Virus record (IMG/VR): IMGVR_UViG_3300009550_000010
Location: 12,906-76,905 of that record
Length of the DNA: 64,000 nt
Source: a virus
Direction: 5' to 3' (one strand)
In this document: positions 43,506 to 52,777 of the stretch, one piece after another
Numbering within the stretch: position 1 is the first letter of the stretch
Layout: every line of letters starts with the position of its first letter
The notes under the pieces: generated by a model
Databases searched by the model: none
Seen by the model: only the letters and a program-made list of their open reading frames with translations
Told to the model about the DNA's origin: nothing
Program-made: the position numbers and the translations under genes

Positions 43506-44545
43506 TATGCAACCTCACAGGCTTCTTGATATAGATCTCTTACAAGACCTTTTATTCTAGTTTTATTTAGATTTGTTTCAAGATCATCTATGTACATGTT
43601 TAGTAGGGTCATCGTATCTTCTGTCTGCTCTACTATCTCTCCATCAAAGATAAGGTGGTCGGTTCTTTCTACAACTTTTATATCGTTAGGGTTGGACTTA
43701 GAAAGTGCCTCCATAAAGAGATTATATTCTTTCTCATCACTTTTCTGTCTTACTACCACCTTCACAATCTTATTACGATACTCTTCAAACTTAGTAAGTT
43801 GTCTTTTAGTGTCAGCGTAGTTGATAACTTTGTATAATTGAAATGGATTATTTACAGATTCTAATGTGAGTTTCTCTGTATCGTAGATATGAAATCCTCT
43901 TTTGTCATTCACATCATTCCAGAACATCTCATATGGATTGCCAAGATAGTATATCTTACCGTTAGAAGACCTTGTATGGTAGTGTCCAGAGAACACATGA
44001 TGAAACTTATTATAACACTCAAAGTCTGCCCCTGCGTCCATCACATGCCCATGTGTGGCAACAAACCCATTGAGTTCTAGATGACCCATGGCAACCTTTG
44101 CCTTACTCTCCCTTATCTTCTTATATGTTTCCTTTTCATTCTCTTGATTGATCCATGGTATGAATAGAATGTTTAGACCACCTATCTCTAGTTCCTTGCA
44201 TTCAGAAAGTAAGGTAATATTATCGTACTCTCGTAGTACCAAATCGTTAGTATTAATGTCGTTAGTGTTTTTGTAGTAAGCAGTATGATTTCCGACAATA
44301 CTAACCAGATCAATGGACATAGAGCGAATAGGATCGAAATAATATTTCTTCGCCCAATCCAAAGAATATGAATCAACACCTTTACGGTTGTCAAAAGTGT
44401 CCCCAAGATCAAGAATGGTTGTAATACCCAGTTCTTTAATTTTTGGAAAGAAACATTCTTCATAGAACTTCTGAAAATAGTCTAGGTATAACTTTGATCC
44501 TTTCTTGAATCCAAAGTGTTGGTCTGTGATAATAGCAACCTTCAT
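43505..44545 (-). CDS. gp47: Recombination exonuclease nuclease subunit (gp47, SbcD/Mre11-like)
   Basis: ITDQHFG, LGDTFDNRK, VGNH, GHLE, SGHYH. Confidence 0.96.
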   Translation of the reverse strand: MKVAIITDQHFGFKKGSKLYLDYFQKFYEECFFPKIKELGITTILDLGDTFDNRKGVDSYSLDWAKKYYFDPIRSMSIDLVSIVGNHTAYYKNTNDINTNDLVLREYDNITLLSECKELEIGGLNILFIPWINQENEKETYKKIRESKAKVAMGHLELNGFVATHGHVMDAGADFECYNKFHHVFSGHYHTRSSNGKIYYLGNPYEMFWNDVNDKRGFHIYDTEKLTLESVNNPFQLYKVINYADTKRQLTKFEEYRNKIVKVVVRQKSDEKEYNLFMEALSKSNPNDIKVVERTDHLIFDGEIVEQTEDTMTLLNMYIDDLETNLNKTRIKGLVRDLYQEACEVA

Positions 44546-44799
44546 CCTATGTCTTCTGCTGCAGGGATGCCTTTGCTTTTTATGAAAGTTTTACTCTCGT
44601 AATCAAATCTTGGATGTGGTTGAGCACTTACAACAGGATTTTTAGTTTTATTTTTGAGAACGATAAATTTATCTTTTGCAAAAGTACCTGCAATCTGCAC
44701 TTCTACATCGTCACCATCTTTCCAGTTTATCTCACCTTTCAAGTTGGTGTGAAGCATTGCTTCTTGTATCTGGTCAATAAGTTCTTGTGTTAGTTTCAT
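44542..44799 (-). CDS. Conserved hypothetical protein
   Basis: MKLTQELIDQIQEAMLHT..VEVQIAGTFAKDKFIV. Confidence 0.75.
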   Translation of the reverse strand: MKLTQELIDQIQEAMLHTNLKGEINWKDGDDVEVQIAGTFAKDKFIVLKNKTKNPVVSAQPHPRFDYESKTFIKSKGIPAAEDIG

Positions 44800-45266
44800 C
44801 TGTTGTTGTTTCTATACTGTATAGCATCTTTGATAGAGTTGTATTCAGAAGACTTACCGTCTTGATCTGCAGTCATGACTTCATCAAATCCAGATCTCTC
44901 AATAATTTTTTGCTTTATTTCTAATTGTTTCTTTTCTTTCTGTATCCTACGTAAGAAAGCATAGTGTATAATCTGAGTGAAATATGCAAAAGGGTTCTTA
45001 GATTTATCAGGATTGAAGTTGTTTATGTACTGTACACAGTTTTCTATACCATCACATACCATATCGTCTTTGAACATATAGTTAACAAAGTTTGGTTTGT
45101 ATGATAAATGTGTAGCAATCTTCAGAAAACATTCACCAAGATAGTTTGTAATTCTTGGTTTTGGTTTACCTAACTTTTCTGCTTCTAAAATATCAAGTTT
45201 ATATGCAACAATAGCAGTAAGAAATTCTTTATTGTTGACATAGTGTTCTGATCTTTTTCGTGCCAT
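44796..45266 (-). CDS. gp55: Late-transcription sigma factor (gp55)
   Basis: HYVNNKEF, YLGECFLKIA, DMVCDGIENC, NPFAYFTQI. Confidence 0.95.
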   Translation of the reverse strand: MARKRSEHYVNNKEFLTAIVAYKLDILEAEKLGKPKPRITNYLGECFLKIATHLSYKPNFVNYMFKDDMVCDGIENCVQYINNFNPDKSKNPFAYFTQIIHYAFLRRIQKEKKQLEIKQKIIERSGFDEVMTADQDGKSSEYNSIKDAIQYRNNNR

Positions 45267-45286
45267 ATGTGTATGTCTTTGTAATT

Positions 45287-45315
45287 ATTATAGTACATTA
45301 TAAAGTGATTGTCAA
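45287..45315 (-). promoter_or_regulatory. Consensus sigma70 promoter for gp55
   Basis: TTGACA-17-TATAAT exact. Confidence 0.88.
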
Positions 45316-45323
45316 AGAAGGGG

Positions 45324-45352
45324 TTGACAACATGTTATAAAGGGTGTACACT
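45324..45352 (+). promoter_or_regulatory. Divergent sigma70-type promoter with no sense gene downstream
   Basis: TTGACA-17-TACACT on the plus strand. Confidence 0.65.
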
Positions 45353-45385
45353 AACCGTGTGGCGGTTCAAAGGGGTTTTAGGCTA

Positions 45386-45829
45386 CTAACTTTGAGTATC
45401 TTTAGAAGCATCTTCTCCTTTATATAATTTCTCTATCATATCTCTACAGTCTTTTACAGTACCTATAGATCCCATTTCTCTTGTTACATCAGGATTATTT
45501 TCTCGTGAGAATCCTTTCTTAATTACTTCTTGATATGTTACAAGCACCTGTTGATCCTTGATCTCAGTCATAGTAATAATACTTGACATATGAATGATAA
45601 AAACATCTTCCTCAGACATTTTCATCCAAGGTTCAAATTTATATCCCAAAGGGATATTCGCTCCATGGGAGCGAACCTCTTGACAGGTAAGTGGATTATC
45701 TATGATTACAGTCTCTTCTTGAGCATCTTTATTAACTATAACTTTTGTGAGTATCTCTTCACCTGTAACAAGTTTGACGGATGCGACAAACTCATCGTAA
45801 GGTTCAGATTGTGATTTGGATGATGTCAT
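45386..45829 (-). CDS. Conserved hypothetical protein (Sm-like fold suspected)
   Basis: SVKLVTGEEIL..DNP..FEPWMKMSEED. Confidence 0.75.
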   Translation of the reverse strand: MTSSKSQSEPYDEFVASVKLVTGEEILTKVIVNKDAQEETVIIDNPLTCQEVRSHGANIPLGYKFEPWMKMSEEDVFIIHMSSIITMTEIKDQQVLVTYQEVIKKGFSRENNPDVTREMGSIGTVKDCRDMIEKLYKGEDASKDTQS

Positions 45830-47252
45830 AACTAAAATTTTCTTCGTTGTAGTATTTGATCCTTTCGATAAGATGGTTCAAGGTATAGTTTTGCCTTGAT
45901 CCTTTCTTACAATCATCAGCTACATCATAAAGAGTTGCTTTGAGTTTGTTTTGAGATTTACGTAAGACTCTACCTATGGACTGTAAGGTTCTAATTCTAG
46001 ACTTACTAGGTGAAGCAAAGATAATGTTGTGGAGATTTTTGATATTGATCCCAGTTGAGAAAGTTCCGAATGAAGCAACTATGATTGCATTGGATTCCTC
46101 TTCTGTAATTCTCCTAACTTCTTCTCGCTCCTCTGTGTCCACACCTCCGTGAACAAAGAAAACTTTACGTTCGTTAGTATTTATGAGGTTATATAAGACC
46201 TCTCCGTGTGCTGCTACCCGACTAAACAAGATTAAAGTATTACCTTTCAAGTCCAGTGCTAGGTTTCTTATAAACTTATTTCTCTTTTCGTGTCCTATCA
46301 AGTATTGAATTTCATCCTCATACACATCAAATTTTTGTGGATCATGCTTGAGTAGAAGCACTTTGATACTGAGTTTTGCTAGGAAACCCTTCTCCTGTAA
46401 TTGTTTAGTGTCCACGATTTTATAAGAGGGTCCGAATAGACCTTCAAGAACCCACTTATGAGTTTGAGTACCATCGAGTGTACCCGTAAATCCGTACCTA
46501 TACTTCGTGTCATACAGTTTTGTCATTATACTTACTAATGATTTAGACTTAAACTGATGTGCCTCGTCCCCAATTATTACAGAAAACCTCTCAAACCACT
46601 TCTTAGGTAACTTGTAAATTGATTGCCAAGTTGATATAATAACATTCTTCTGACTCAACAGGTCTTTACCTGCATAGATTCTATGACAGTTCTCCTCGAC
46701 ATCCCATCCATAATCTATAAAGTCCTTATACATCTGTTCTACAAGAGACGTAGTAGGAACAACAATTAGTGTTGACCTATCATAAGATGCATGGTATCGT
46801 GTAATTGCATAGATCATCAAGGACTTACCAGATCCTGTTGGTGATATGATCAGTCTTCTATTCTTTTGTAATGCATCAAATACACCCTCAATCTGATAGT
46901 CTCTCGCCTTGTACTTCGAGATTGCCTTTAGATAGTCCTTTACCCCCTCATATGAAATTGATTCCGTCTCTTCGTATGGCAGTCCGTAGTACTTGGAGTT
47001 CTCAAATTCAAACTCGTAATTATATCTCTTGCAAAAAGAAGTAACCTTATCTAAGAGTCCAACATATATTTCTTGCTTCTGTAAATTATATAATCTTATC
47101 TTACCATCCCAATACTTACTTCTGTACTGTGGCATGAACTTTGCACCAGGCACGTCAAATGTAAATTCATCTGACAATTCATGCCTAATATGTGGTTCAC
47201 AATCTATGTGAAGAAAAACTTCGTTCTTCTTCTTTATAACAAGATCAGCCAT
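45804..47252 (-). CDS. uvsW: DNA helicase UvsW
   Basis: SPTGSGKS, GDEAH, GFTGT, STGINIKNLH, QSIGRVLR; start at ATG 47252. Confidence 0.95.
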   Translation of the reverse strand: MADLVIKKKNEVFLHIDCEPHIRHELSDEFTFDVPGAKFMPQYRSKYWDGKIRLYNLQKQEIYVGLLDKVTSFCKRYNYEFEFENSKYYGLPYEETESISYEGVKDYLKAISKYKARDYQIEGVFDALQKNRRLIISPTGSGKSLMIYAITRYHASYDRSTLIVVPTTSLVEQMYKDFIDYGWDVEENCHRIYAGKDLLSQKNVIISTWQSIYKLPKKWFERFSVIIGDEAHQFKSKSLVSIMTKLYDTKYRYGFTGTLDGTQTHKWVLEGLFGPSYKIVDTKQLQEKGFLAKLSIKVLLLKHDPQKFDVYEDEIQYLIGHEKRNKFIRNLALDLKGNTLILFSRVAAHGEVLYNLINTNERKVFFVHGGVDTEEREEVRRITEEESNAIIVASFGTFSTGINIKNLHNIIFASPSKSRIRTLQSIGRVLRKSQNKLKATLYDVADDCKKGSRQNYTLNHLIERIKYYNEENFSYDIIQITI

Positions 47253-47703
47253 AACCTGATGAGAATCTACGCCACTCAATTGCATTCTTTATTTGGTAGG
47301 TTCTATTTGTGATCTGTCTCAGTATCTCTTCCAAGAACTTTAACATGGTATCGTAGTATTCAATCTTCAGTTTAGTCTTACTCAGTTTCTTATCTGAGTC
47401 AAGATATAACTTGAGGTCATCTTTATCTCTGACCTTGTAAGGAAAGGGTTCTTCAGCATATACTTGTGCTGTTGCTTTCCCTGTGTAATACTGTCTACGA
47501 TCTAATAGCATAGAACTATACACCTGCTCATCACGCTTTCGCATGAGAAGTATTGTATTATATAGCTCGTAATACTTAGCGTGTAATTGTGGTATTCTTA
47601 GCGACTCACTATCCAATTCATCTTGATTCATTTTGGAATCTGCATTCCACATGTCTTGTATCCCTTCTATAGATAAAGGATTAGACTTTCTTTCCATTGA
47701 CAT
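47245..47703 (-). CDS. uvsY: Recombination mediator UvsY
   Basis: ESLRIPQLHAKYY, YQIKNAIEWRRF. Confidence 0.9.
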   Translation of the reverse strand: MSMERKSNPLSIEGIQDMWNADSKMNQDELDSESLRIPQLHAKYYELYNTILLMRKRDEQVYSSMLLDRRQYYTGKATAQVYAEEPFPYKVRDKDDLKLYLDSDKKLSKTKLKIEYYDTMLKFLEEILRQITNRTYQIKNAIEWRRFSSGYG

Positions 47704-48256
47704 CGATCACATCATATATGGTATATTTGAAAGAAGCTTCAGCAGTATAGTATGTCTGCTCATCTGCAGTGGCATTAAAAGGAACACCAGATAACTGATA
47801 GGGGAATAAATCCCTAAACTTTATACTTACTGTTGGGTTGAAGTTACTACTCAATACTTGTATTGTAGCATCAGATCTCTCATTTGAGGGATCATTAGGG
47901 TTATCTACTTGTATTTTGTTATTTAATAACTCACTATATTGATTGATAGACTCAGGAAATCCCAGTGATGTCATCCACTGATATAACTGAAGATAGTTTT
48001 CCATATCTTCATCAACCATAAAAGTAATTCTTAGATCATCATACTGTAACTTATCACCTGGTACAGGAATATCTCTTAGGTAGTTCGCTTGATTCGCTAC
48101 ACCTAGTGTAATCTGAGGTAGGTTAGCAGAATTGCAAAGGAAATCTACCTTTGGACATCTATTGAGGATAAATTTGAATCCAATAATAGATAAAAAATTT
48201 CTATTTGAAACCTGTTGCAGTTTCATTGGGTGTCCAACACCCTGTCGTACAGGCAT
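47681..48256 (-). CDS. gp3: Tail tube-like completion protein (gp3)
   Basis: NFLSIIGFKF, CNSANLP, YDDLRITFMVDEDMENY; position downstream of gp23. Confidence 0.85.
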   Translation of the reverse strand: MPVRQGVGHPMKLQQVSNRNFLSIIGFKFILNRCPKVDFLCNSANLPQITLGVANQANYLRDIPVPGDKLQYDDLRITFMVDEDMENYLQLYQWMTSLGFPESINQYSELLNNKIQVDNPNDPSNERSDATIQVLSSNFNPTVSIKFRDLFPYQLSGVPFNATADEQTYYTAEASFKYTIYDVIDVNGKKV

Positions 48257-48275
48257 TATTATAATTACTTTCTTC

Positions 48276-48283
48276 TATTTATT
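48276..48283 (-). promoter_or_regulatory. T4-type late promoter
   Basis: AATAAATA upstream of gp3. Confidence 0.65.
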
Positions 48284-48443
48284 GCCAATATTCGTCTAGT
48301 ATATCAAAAGTTTTATTGAGGTATTCGTCTGCACCTCTGCATTCCCACTCTCCTTTCTCTCCAATCTCACACTTGTAGTGTAATTCTCTTTTGAGTTGCA
48401 TGAGTTTACTGGTCATAGCAACCTTGTCTAGTCTGCCATTCAT
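48279..48443 (-). CDS. 54-aa hypothetical protein (not in ORF track)
   Basis: MNGRLDKVAMTSKLMQLKRELHYKC...GADEYLNK. Confidence 0.65.
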   Translation of the reverse strand: MNGRLDKVAMTSKLMQLKRELHYKCEIGEKGEWECRGADEYLNKTFDILDEYWQ

Positions 48444-48652
48444 CTTCTTTTAGTTTTGACGTATTCCAGAACATCTTCCCTAATTTGCATTAGTTCATAA
48501 AAGCAGTGTTGATTGTGTGCACAACTTCTAAGTGTATGATCTGGTTTGTGTACTGATTCTATGTATAAATCCAGTGCACGATTGAATTTTTCTGTTTTTG
48601 TTTCCTGATTTATAATACTGTTTTGATCTTTCATTGCTGACATTGCTTTCAA
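48440..48652 (-). CDS. Hypothetical protein
   Basis: ALDLYIESVHKPDHTLRSCAHNQHC. Confidence 0.65.
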   Translation of the reverse strand: MKAMSAMKDQNSIINQETKTEKFNRALDLYIESVHKPDHTLRSCAHNQHCFYELMQIREDVLEYVKTKRR

Positions 48653-48665
48653 TATAATTTAGCAT

Positions 48666-48694
48666 AAAAAAAACCCACCTGCAAGAGGTGGGTT
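48666..48694 (-). terminator. Rho-independent terminator after gp23
   Basis: AACCCACCT-GCAAG-AGGTGGGTT with A-tract (U-tract on minus). Confidence 0.85.
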
Positions 48695-48715
48695 CTGAGT
48701 ATATAAGCGACTCGC

Positions 48716-50122
48716 TTACATTAGGTTGAGTACCTTTACTCTTCTGTAGTATCTATTGCTGTTAGCAGTGATTCTACCAAGACCTTGAGTTGTACCTTCA
48801 GCAAATGGGTTGGCGACCATACCATATCTGGTCTTGAAGCCAATCTTGGGCTGGAAGGTGTCTTGTCCAACTGCTCTTACCATTTGTAGAGGAACATATG
48901 GGCAATAGAATAAACCAGCGTCATAAGGTGAAGTACCTTTGTAACCCATAACGTAGTACTGGTTAGCGTCTAAGTTAGCAGCGAAAGGATCGATGTAAAC
49001 TTTGTATCTACCGTTTAATGTACCAGCGAATGTGTTACCTGTGTCATCAACAGTCAAGTTGCTGTTTAGTGCAGGTGTATAATCTAACTGACCTGCTGCT
49101 GTTAGTGCTGATGCTACGTCTGCAGAACATAGGATGATGTTACCCTTTCCACGACGAGTTCTTTGTGCGATTGCGTTAGCATCTCTTTCAAGTTGGAAGA
49201 TCATTCCTTTGAACTTCTCAACCATCCATCTTCCGTTTGAGTCTGTGTCTAGGTCAAACGCACCAGTGTTTGCTGTGTTTGTTTGTGCACCAGCTTCAGC
49301 AGACTTGTAGATAGTTCTAATGATCTCTCTATTGATCTCAGCAAGGATCTCAGTAGATAAGATATTAGCAAGTTCTGCTTCTGCATCTAGACCATGAATT
49401 GCCTTCAAGTCTTGTGCTAGTTCTAGACTGTACTCTGCCTTGAGAGCTCTTGACTTTGCAGTCACAGATATCTTCTCAATGCTGAATGCCATCTCACGGA
49501 AGTCGTTAGATGCACCGTCTCCGAGTGTCTCTAAGTTCTGTGTCTTGAAACCTTGTCCTGTGCTGTATGCATTGTTAGCACCACCGTTCAAGATAGATGG
49601 GTTTGAACCGCCTTGTGCAGTTGTACCGAAACCAACGTCGCTATCTCCATCAGTTGCTCCTGTGTAGTCACCCTGTGTGAGTGATGCAGCAGAGTTCTGA
49701 GCAGAGAATGCTGAATCTGGTTCGTTGAATAATGCTTCTGTTCCGTTCTGATTATCGAAGCGACTTCTCATCGCAAAGATAAGACCAGTAGGTCCGTTCA
49801 TTGGTTGTACACCAGCAAGGTCGTATGCCACCAAGTTAGGCATAGATCTTCTGATCAATGAAATTAGAACTGGGTCGAAACCAGCAACAGGTCCACCTGT
49901 AGCAGCAGAACCAGAGAAACCTGGATTACCTGTGCCTGATGGGTCTGTGTTTACTGTAGGAGGTGCTTCTGATAAGAATGCTCTCTCCTCTCTTAAAAAT
50001 CTTTCTTGGTTTTCTAGAAGTTGTGCAGTAACCGCTTTTCTATGAGTGTCCTGAATCTTATCGATTCCTTCTGCTTCTAAAAGTGGTGCCCACTTCTTCT
50101 GGAGTTGTCCAGAATTAAACAT
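48716..50122 (-). CDS. gp23: Major capsid protein (gp23)
   Basis: KWAPLL, FDPVLISLIRR, GVQPMNGPTGLIFAMR, KSRALKAEYS, FYCPYVPLQM. Confidence 0.98.
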   Translation of the reverse strand: MFNSGQLQKKWAPLLEAEGIDKIQDTHRKAVTAQLLENQERFLREERAFLSEAPPTVNTDPSGTGNPGFSGSAATGGPVAGFDPVLISLIRRSMPNLVAYDLAGVQPMNGPTGLIFAMRSRFDNQNGTEALFNEPDSAFSAQNSAASLTQGDYTGATDGDSDVGFGTTAQGGSNPSILNGGANNAYSTGQGFKTQNLETLGDGASNDFREMAFSIEKISVTAKSRALKAEYSLELAQDLKAIHGLDAEAELANILSTEILAEINREIIRTIYKSAEAGAQTNTANTGAFDLDTDSNGRWMVEKFKGMIFQLERDANAIAQRTRRGKGNIILCSADVASALTAAGQLDYTPALNSNLTVDDTGNTFAGTLNGRYKVYIDPFAANLDANQYYVMGYKGTSPYDAGLFYCPYVPLQMVRAVGQDTFQPKIGFKTRYGMVANPFAEGTTQGLGRITANSNRYYRRVKVLNLM

Positions 50123-50159
50123 GATTGTTATTCCTTAATTGGATGTGGTTTTAGTTAAT

Positions 50160-51236
50160 CTATTGGAACTTAGTCAGTGCCTGAATGTAAGCATCCATTG
50201 CTGGAGTTGTCTCTACTACAGGTGCTTCTTCAGAAATGACTTCTGGGTTCTCTGTCGCTGCAGGTTTGGTGAAATAACCTTCCTTCAACGTTGAGAGTTT
50301 GTCCCTGTACTGTTCTTCGCTTTCAAACTCAACACCTTTAGCAAGATCAGCAAGTTTCTCTTTCTGAGAAAGTGCTAGTCCATTACTTACTTCATCAAGG
50401 ATGTTGTCGGAGACAGATGCAGATAGACGCTGAGTTAGAGCGACGTTGCTGTCAATCTGTTCGTTGAGTTTATTCTCCATTTCATCAAGTTTAGTGACCA
50501 TTGCCTCAAGTACATCATATTTCTCTTCAGGGATTGATACATAATGTTCTTCAAAAAGTCCTTTGAGACCTGTCATGAAGGATTCAGAGAGTTCCCCTCT
50601 GATTCCTGTTTCGACTTGTAACGCATTCTCGTTGATCCATTCGTTTGAAACGTACTCTAGATAGGAATCAACACGTTCAGTCAACTCTGTACGAATATTG
50701 CTAACTTCTTCAGTTAGTTTATCTTCGTACTGAGTTTCTAGATTGCTTTTGACTGCTTCAATTTTTGATTTGATTGCTGCCTCAAAAATTGTTTTTGTCT
50801 TTTCTTTGAATTCTGCAGATAGTTCCTCACCTTCTAATAATGCTTTAACATCATCGTCAAGGTTGAGTTCTAATTCTTGAACTTCTGCAACGATAGGTTC
50901 TTCGGAAACTACTTCCTCACCTTCTGGCTGTGTCTCTTCGTTAGCACCACGACCATATCCTGTGCTCTTCAAAGCAGCAGGTCCAGGTAACTGAACTGTA
51001 CCAGCAGTTCCCTTAGTTACAGGATTACCTGCTTGACTAAACTCTTTTGATGGAGTTTTTAACTTATTGGAGTCATCTGTTGGTGAATTGTTGGTAGGTG
51101 TTGGACCTCCTAAGTCCTCTACACTCGCACTACCAGCATCGGGTACATAATTTGGAGCCTTTGGCATTGGGTCTGCTTTCGCTGCACCCTTAGTAACCTG
51201 GTTCTCCATTTCATGTAGTTGTTTTTTCGCAGCCAT
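50160..51236 (-). CDS. gp22: Prohead core scaffold (gp22)
   Basis: Glu-rich; VDSYLEYVSNEW, LFEEHY; position. Confidence 0.92.
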   Translation of the reverse strand: MAAKKQLHEMENQVTKGAAKADPMPKAPNYVPDAGSASVEDLGGPTPTNNSPTDDSNKLKTPSKEFSQAGNPVTKGTAGTVQLPGPAALKSTGYGRGANEETQPEGEEVVSEEPIVAEVQELELNLDDDVKALLEGEELSAEFKEKTKTIFEAAIKSKIEAVKSNLETQYEDKLTEEVSNIRTELTERVDSYLEYVSNEWINENALQVETGIRGELSESFMTGLKGLFEEHYVSIPEEKYDVLEAMVTKLDEMENKLNEQIDSNVALTQRLSASVSDNILDEVSNGLALSQKEKLADLAKGVEFESEEQYRDKLSTLKEGYFTKPAATENPEVISEEAPVVETTPAMDAYIQALTKFQ

Positions 51237-51274
51237 TGGTTAATTCCGTATTTTTCCTTAGAATTTTCTGTTAT

Positions 51275-51282
51275 TATTTAGA
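51275..51282 (-). promoter_or_regulatory. T4-type late promoter
   Basis: TCTAAATA upstream of gp22. Confidence 0.7.
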
Positions 51283-51285
51283 CAA

Positions 51286-51933
51286 TTATAGATCTGACAA
51301 GAACTTTTGGAATAATCTTAGTCGATTTTCTTGAAGTGTCCTTGAATCTACGAGGGTATTTATCTCCTTTTTAATCGCCTCAGTTTTCTTTTCACGCAAA
51401 ACTGATCCTTCCCATACCCACTCTTTACCTTCCATCACACCATCTACAAAAGCGTCTGGTGCACTGGGATCTGCAACTATGTCTGCAGCAGTAGCAAGCA
51501 TAAAATCTTCGCCAACATAAGAAATACCTTCTTTGTTCACGATGGATCCCATACCTCTTGATGATACACCAAGTTTTACTCCATCTGCTAAGAGAGATTC
51601 AGCAATTTTTCCCATCGGTGTGCTCAAGATTTGTGCCTTACCTATAAAGTTATTACCTTCCTGTGTAAGAGCGACAATCTTGTGAGATACTCTGTCAAGA
51701 TTTATCTGTGGTCCGTCTGGATGTCCTAGTTCTCCTAGTGCACGTCCTTTAGATACAAATGCCTCATTATATCTCTTGACCTCATTCATCATGGTATTGA
51801 TAGGATAGCAACGTTTGTTGCGGTTCACTACCTCTGCCTGTAAGAAAGGACCTTGAATATAAAGGGTCTTCTTGCCATCTTTTTCTTCAGTAAGAATATC
51901 TACTGATTCAATTTCTTCAGAAATTAACTTCAT
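51286..51933 (-). CDS. gp21: Prohead protease (gp21)
   Basis: NRNKRCYP, ALGELGHP, GVSSRGMGS, DIVADPSAP; start at ATG 51933. Confidence 0.95.
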   Translation of the reverse strand: MKLISEEIESVDILTEEKDGKKTLYIQGPFLQAEVVNRNKRCYPINTMMNEVKRYNEAFVSKGRALGELGHPDGPQINLDRVSHKIVALTQEGNNFIGKAQILSTPMGKIAESLLADGVKLGVSSRGMGSIVNKEGISYVGEDFMLATAADIVADPSAPDAFVDGVMEGKEWVWEGSVLREKKTEAIKKEINTLVDSRTLQENRLRLFQKFLSDL

Positions 51934-52496
51934 CCTATCCCTACCTCCTTTAGATGTAATGTGCATCCTGATGCTGTCTCAGGTGCTAATCTGAATATCA
52001 CAGATTTAGATAGCACTGCTGCTCCTGTAAAATCTGCTAGTGATGATGTGTCAGCATTGACTGTAAGAGTTGTCTTATAGTCATTGTTCCTTTGAGGATC
52101 TGACTTTGCTGTAACTTCTACATGTGCGATTGTACTATTGTATGTACCAACTGCAGATCCAGAGAGAGTTACGAAGTCTCCTACTCTAATCTTTGTATCT
52201 GTATGGTCAACAGTAATAACTGCAGATGCTGCTTTACTTATAGCTGATACTGGTGCGTTTGCTGGATGTCCGTAACGATATAGGAATGAATCCCCTTTCG
52301 CTACATGAAATGATCCAACACCTGCTTGGTTAGCGGTATTGCAAACTGCAATATCACCTGCTGCTTTCGCATCTGAACAAACAACGTAAAGTACACCTGT
52401 CTTCACAGTTTGAGCAGACGTTACAGCAGAAGTTGCGTTTGCACTACTTACCGTTCCAATATCTGTTACTAATTTAAGTGGTTGTGATGCACTCAT
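51930..52496 (-). CDS. Probable virion structural protein
   Basis: Beta-rich A/T/S/V composition inside the head operon. Confidence 0.7.
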   Translation of the reverse strand: MSASQPLKLVTDIGTVSSANATSAVTSAQTVKTGVLYVVCSDAKAAGDIAVCNTANQAGVGSFHVAKGDSFLYRYGHPANAPVSAISKAASAVITVDHTDTKIRVGDFVTLSGSAVGTYNSTIAHVEVTAKSDPQRNNDYKTTLTVNADTSSLADFTGAAVLSKSVIFRLAPETASGCTLHLKEVGIG

Positions 52497-52741
52497 TCTT
52501 CTTCCTGTTCAGTTTCTTGATCTATTGAAGCGTCCACTTCTGTTTCTGCCTGTGCCACTGGTTCCTCTGCTTCTACTTCTGGTTCTTCTGGTTGGTCACC
52601 AAATAATCCAGCCGCAACATCAGGTGTCAGGGCATCAACTCTCGCTGCCGATTTAACAAGGAGTGCTTGCTTGATAGCATCAGATACTTCCGATGAAGGT
52701 GCATCTGTACCTACAAGGTCTACAATTTCAGACGGTTCCAT
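52493..52741 (-). CDS. Acidic prohead-core-like protein (gp67/68 position)
   Basis: Glu-rich tail; between gp20 and gp21. Confidence 0.65.
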   Translation of the reverse strand: MEPSEIVDLVGTDAPSSEVSDAIKQALLVKSAARVDALTPDVAAGLFGDQPEEPEVEAEEPVAQAETEVDASIDQETEQEEE

Positions 52742-52769
52742 AAAATAATTTTAAATAAACACTTAGTGT

Positions 52770-52777
52770 TATTTATA
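52770..52777 (-). promoter_or_regulatory. T4 late promoter, exact consensus
   Basis: TATAAATA. Confidence 0.8.
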
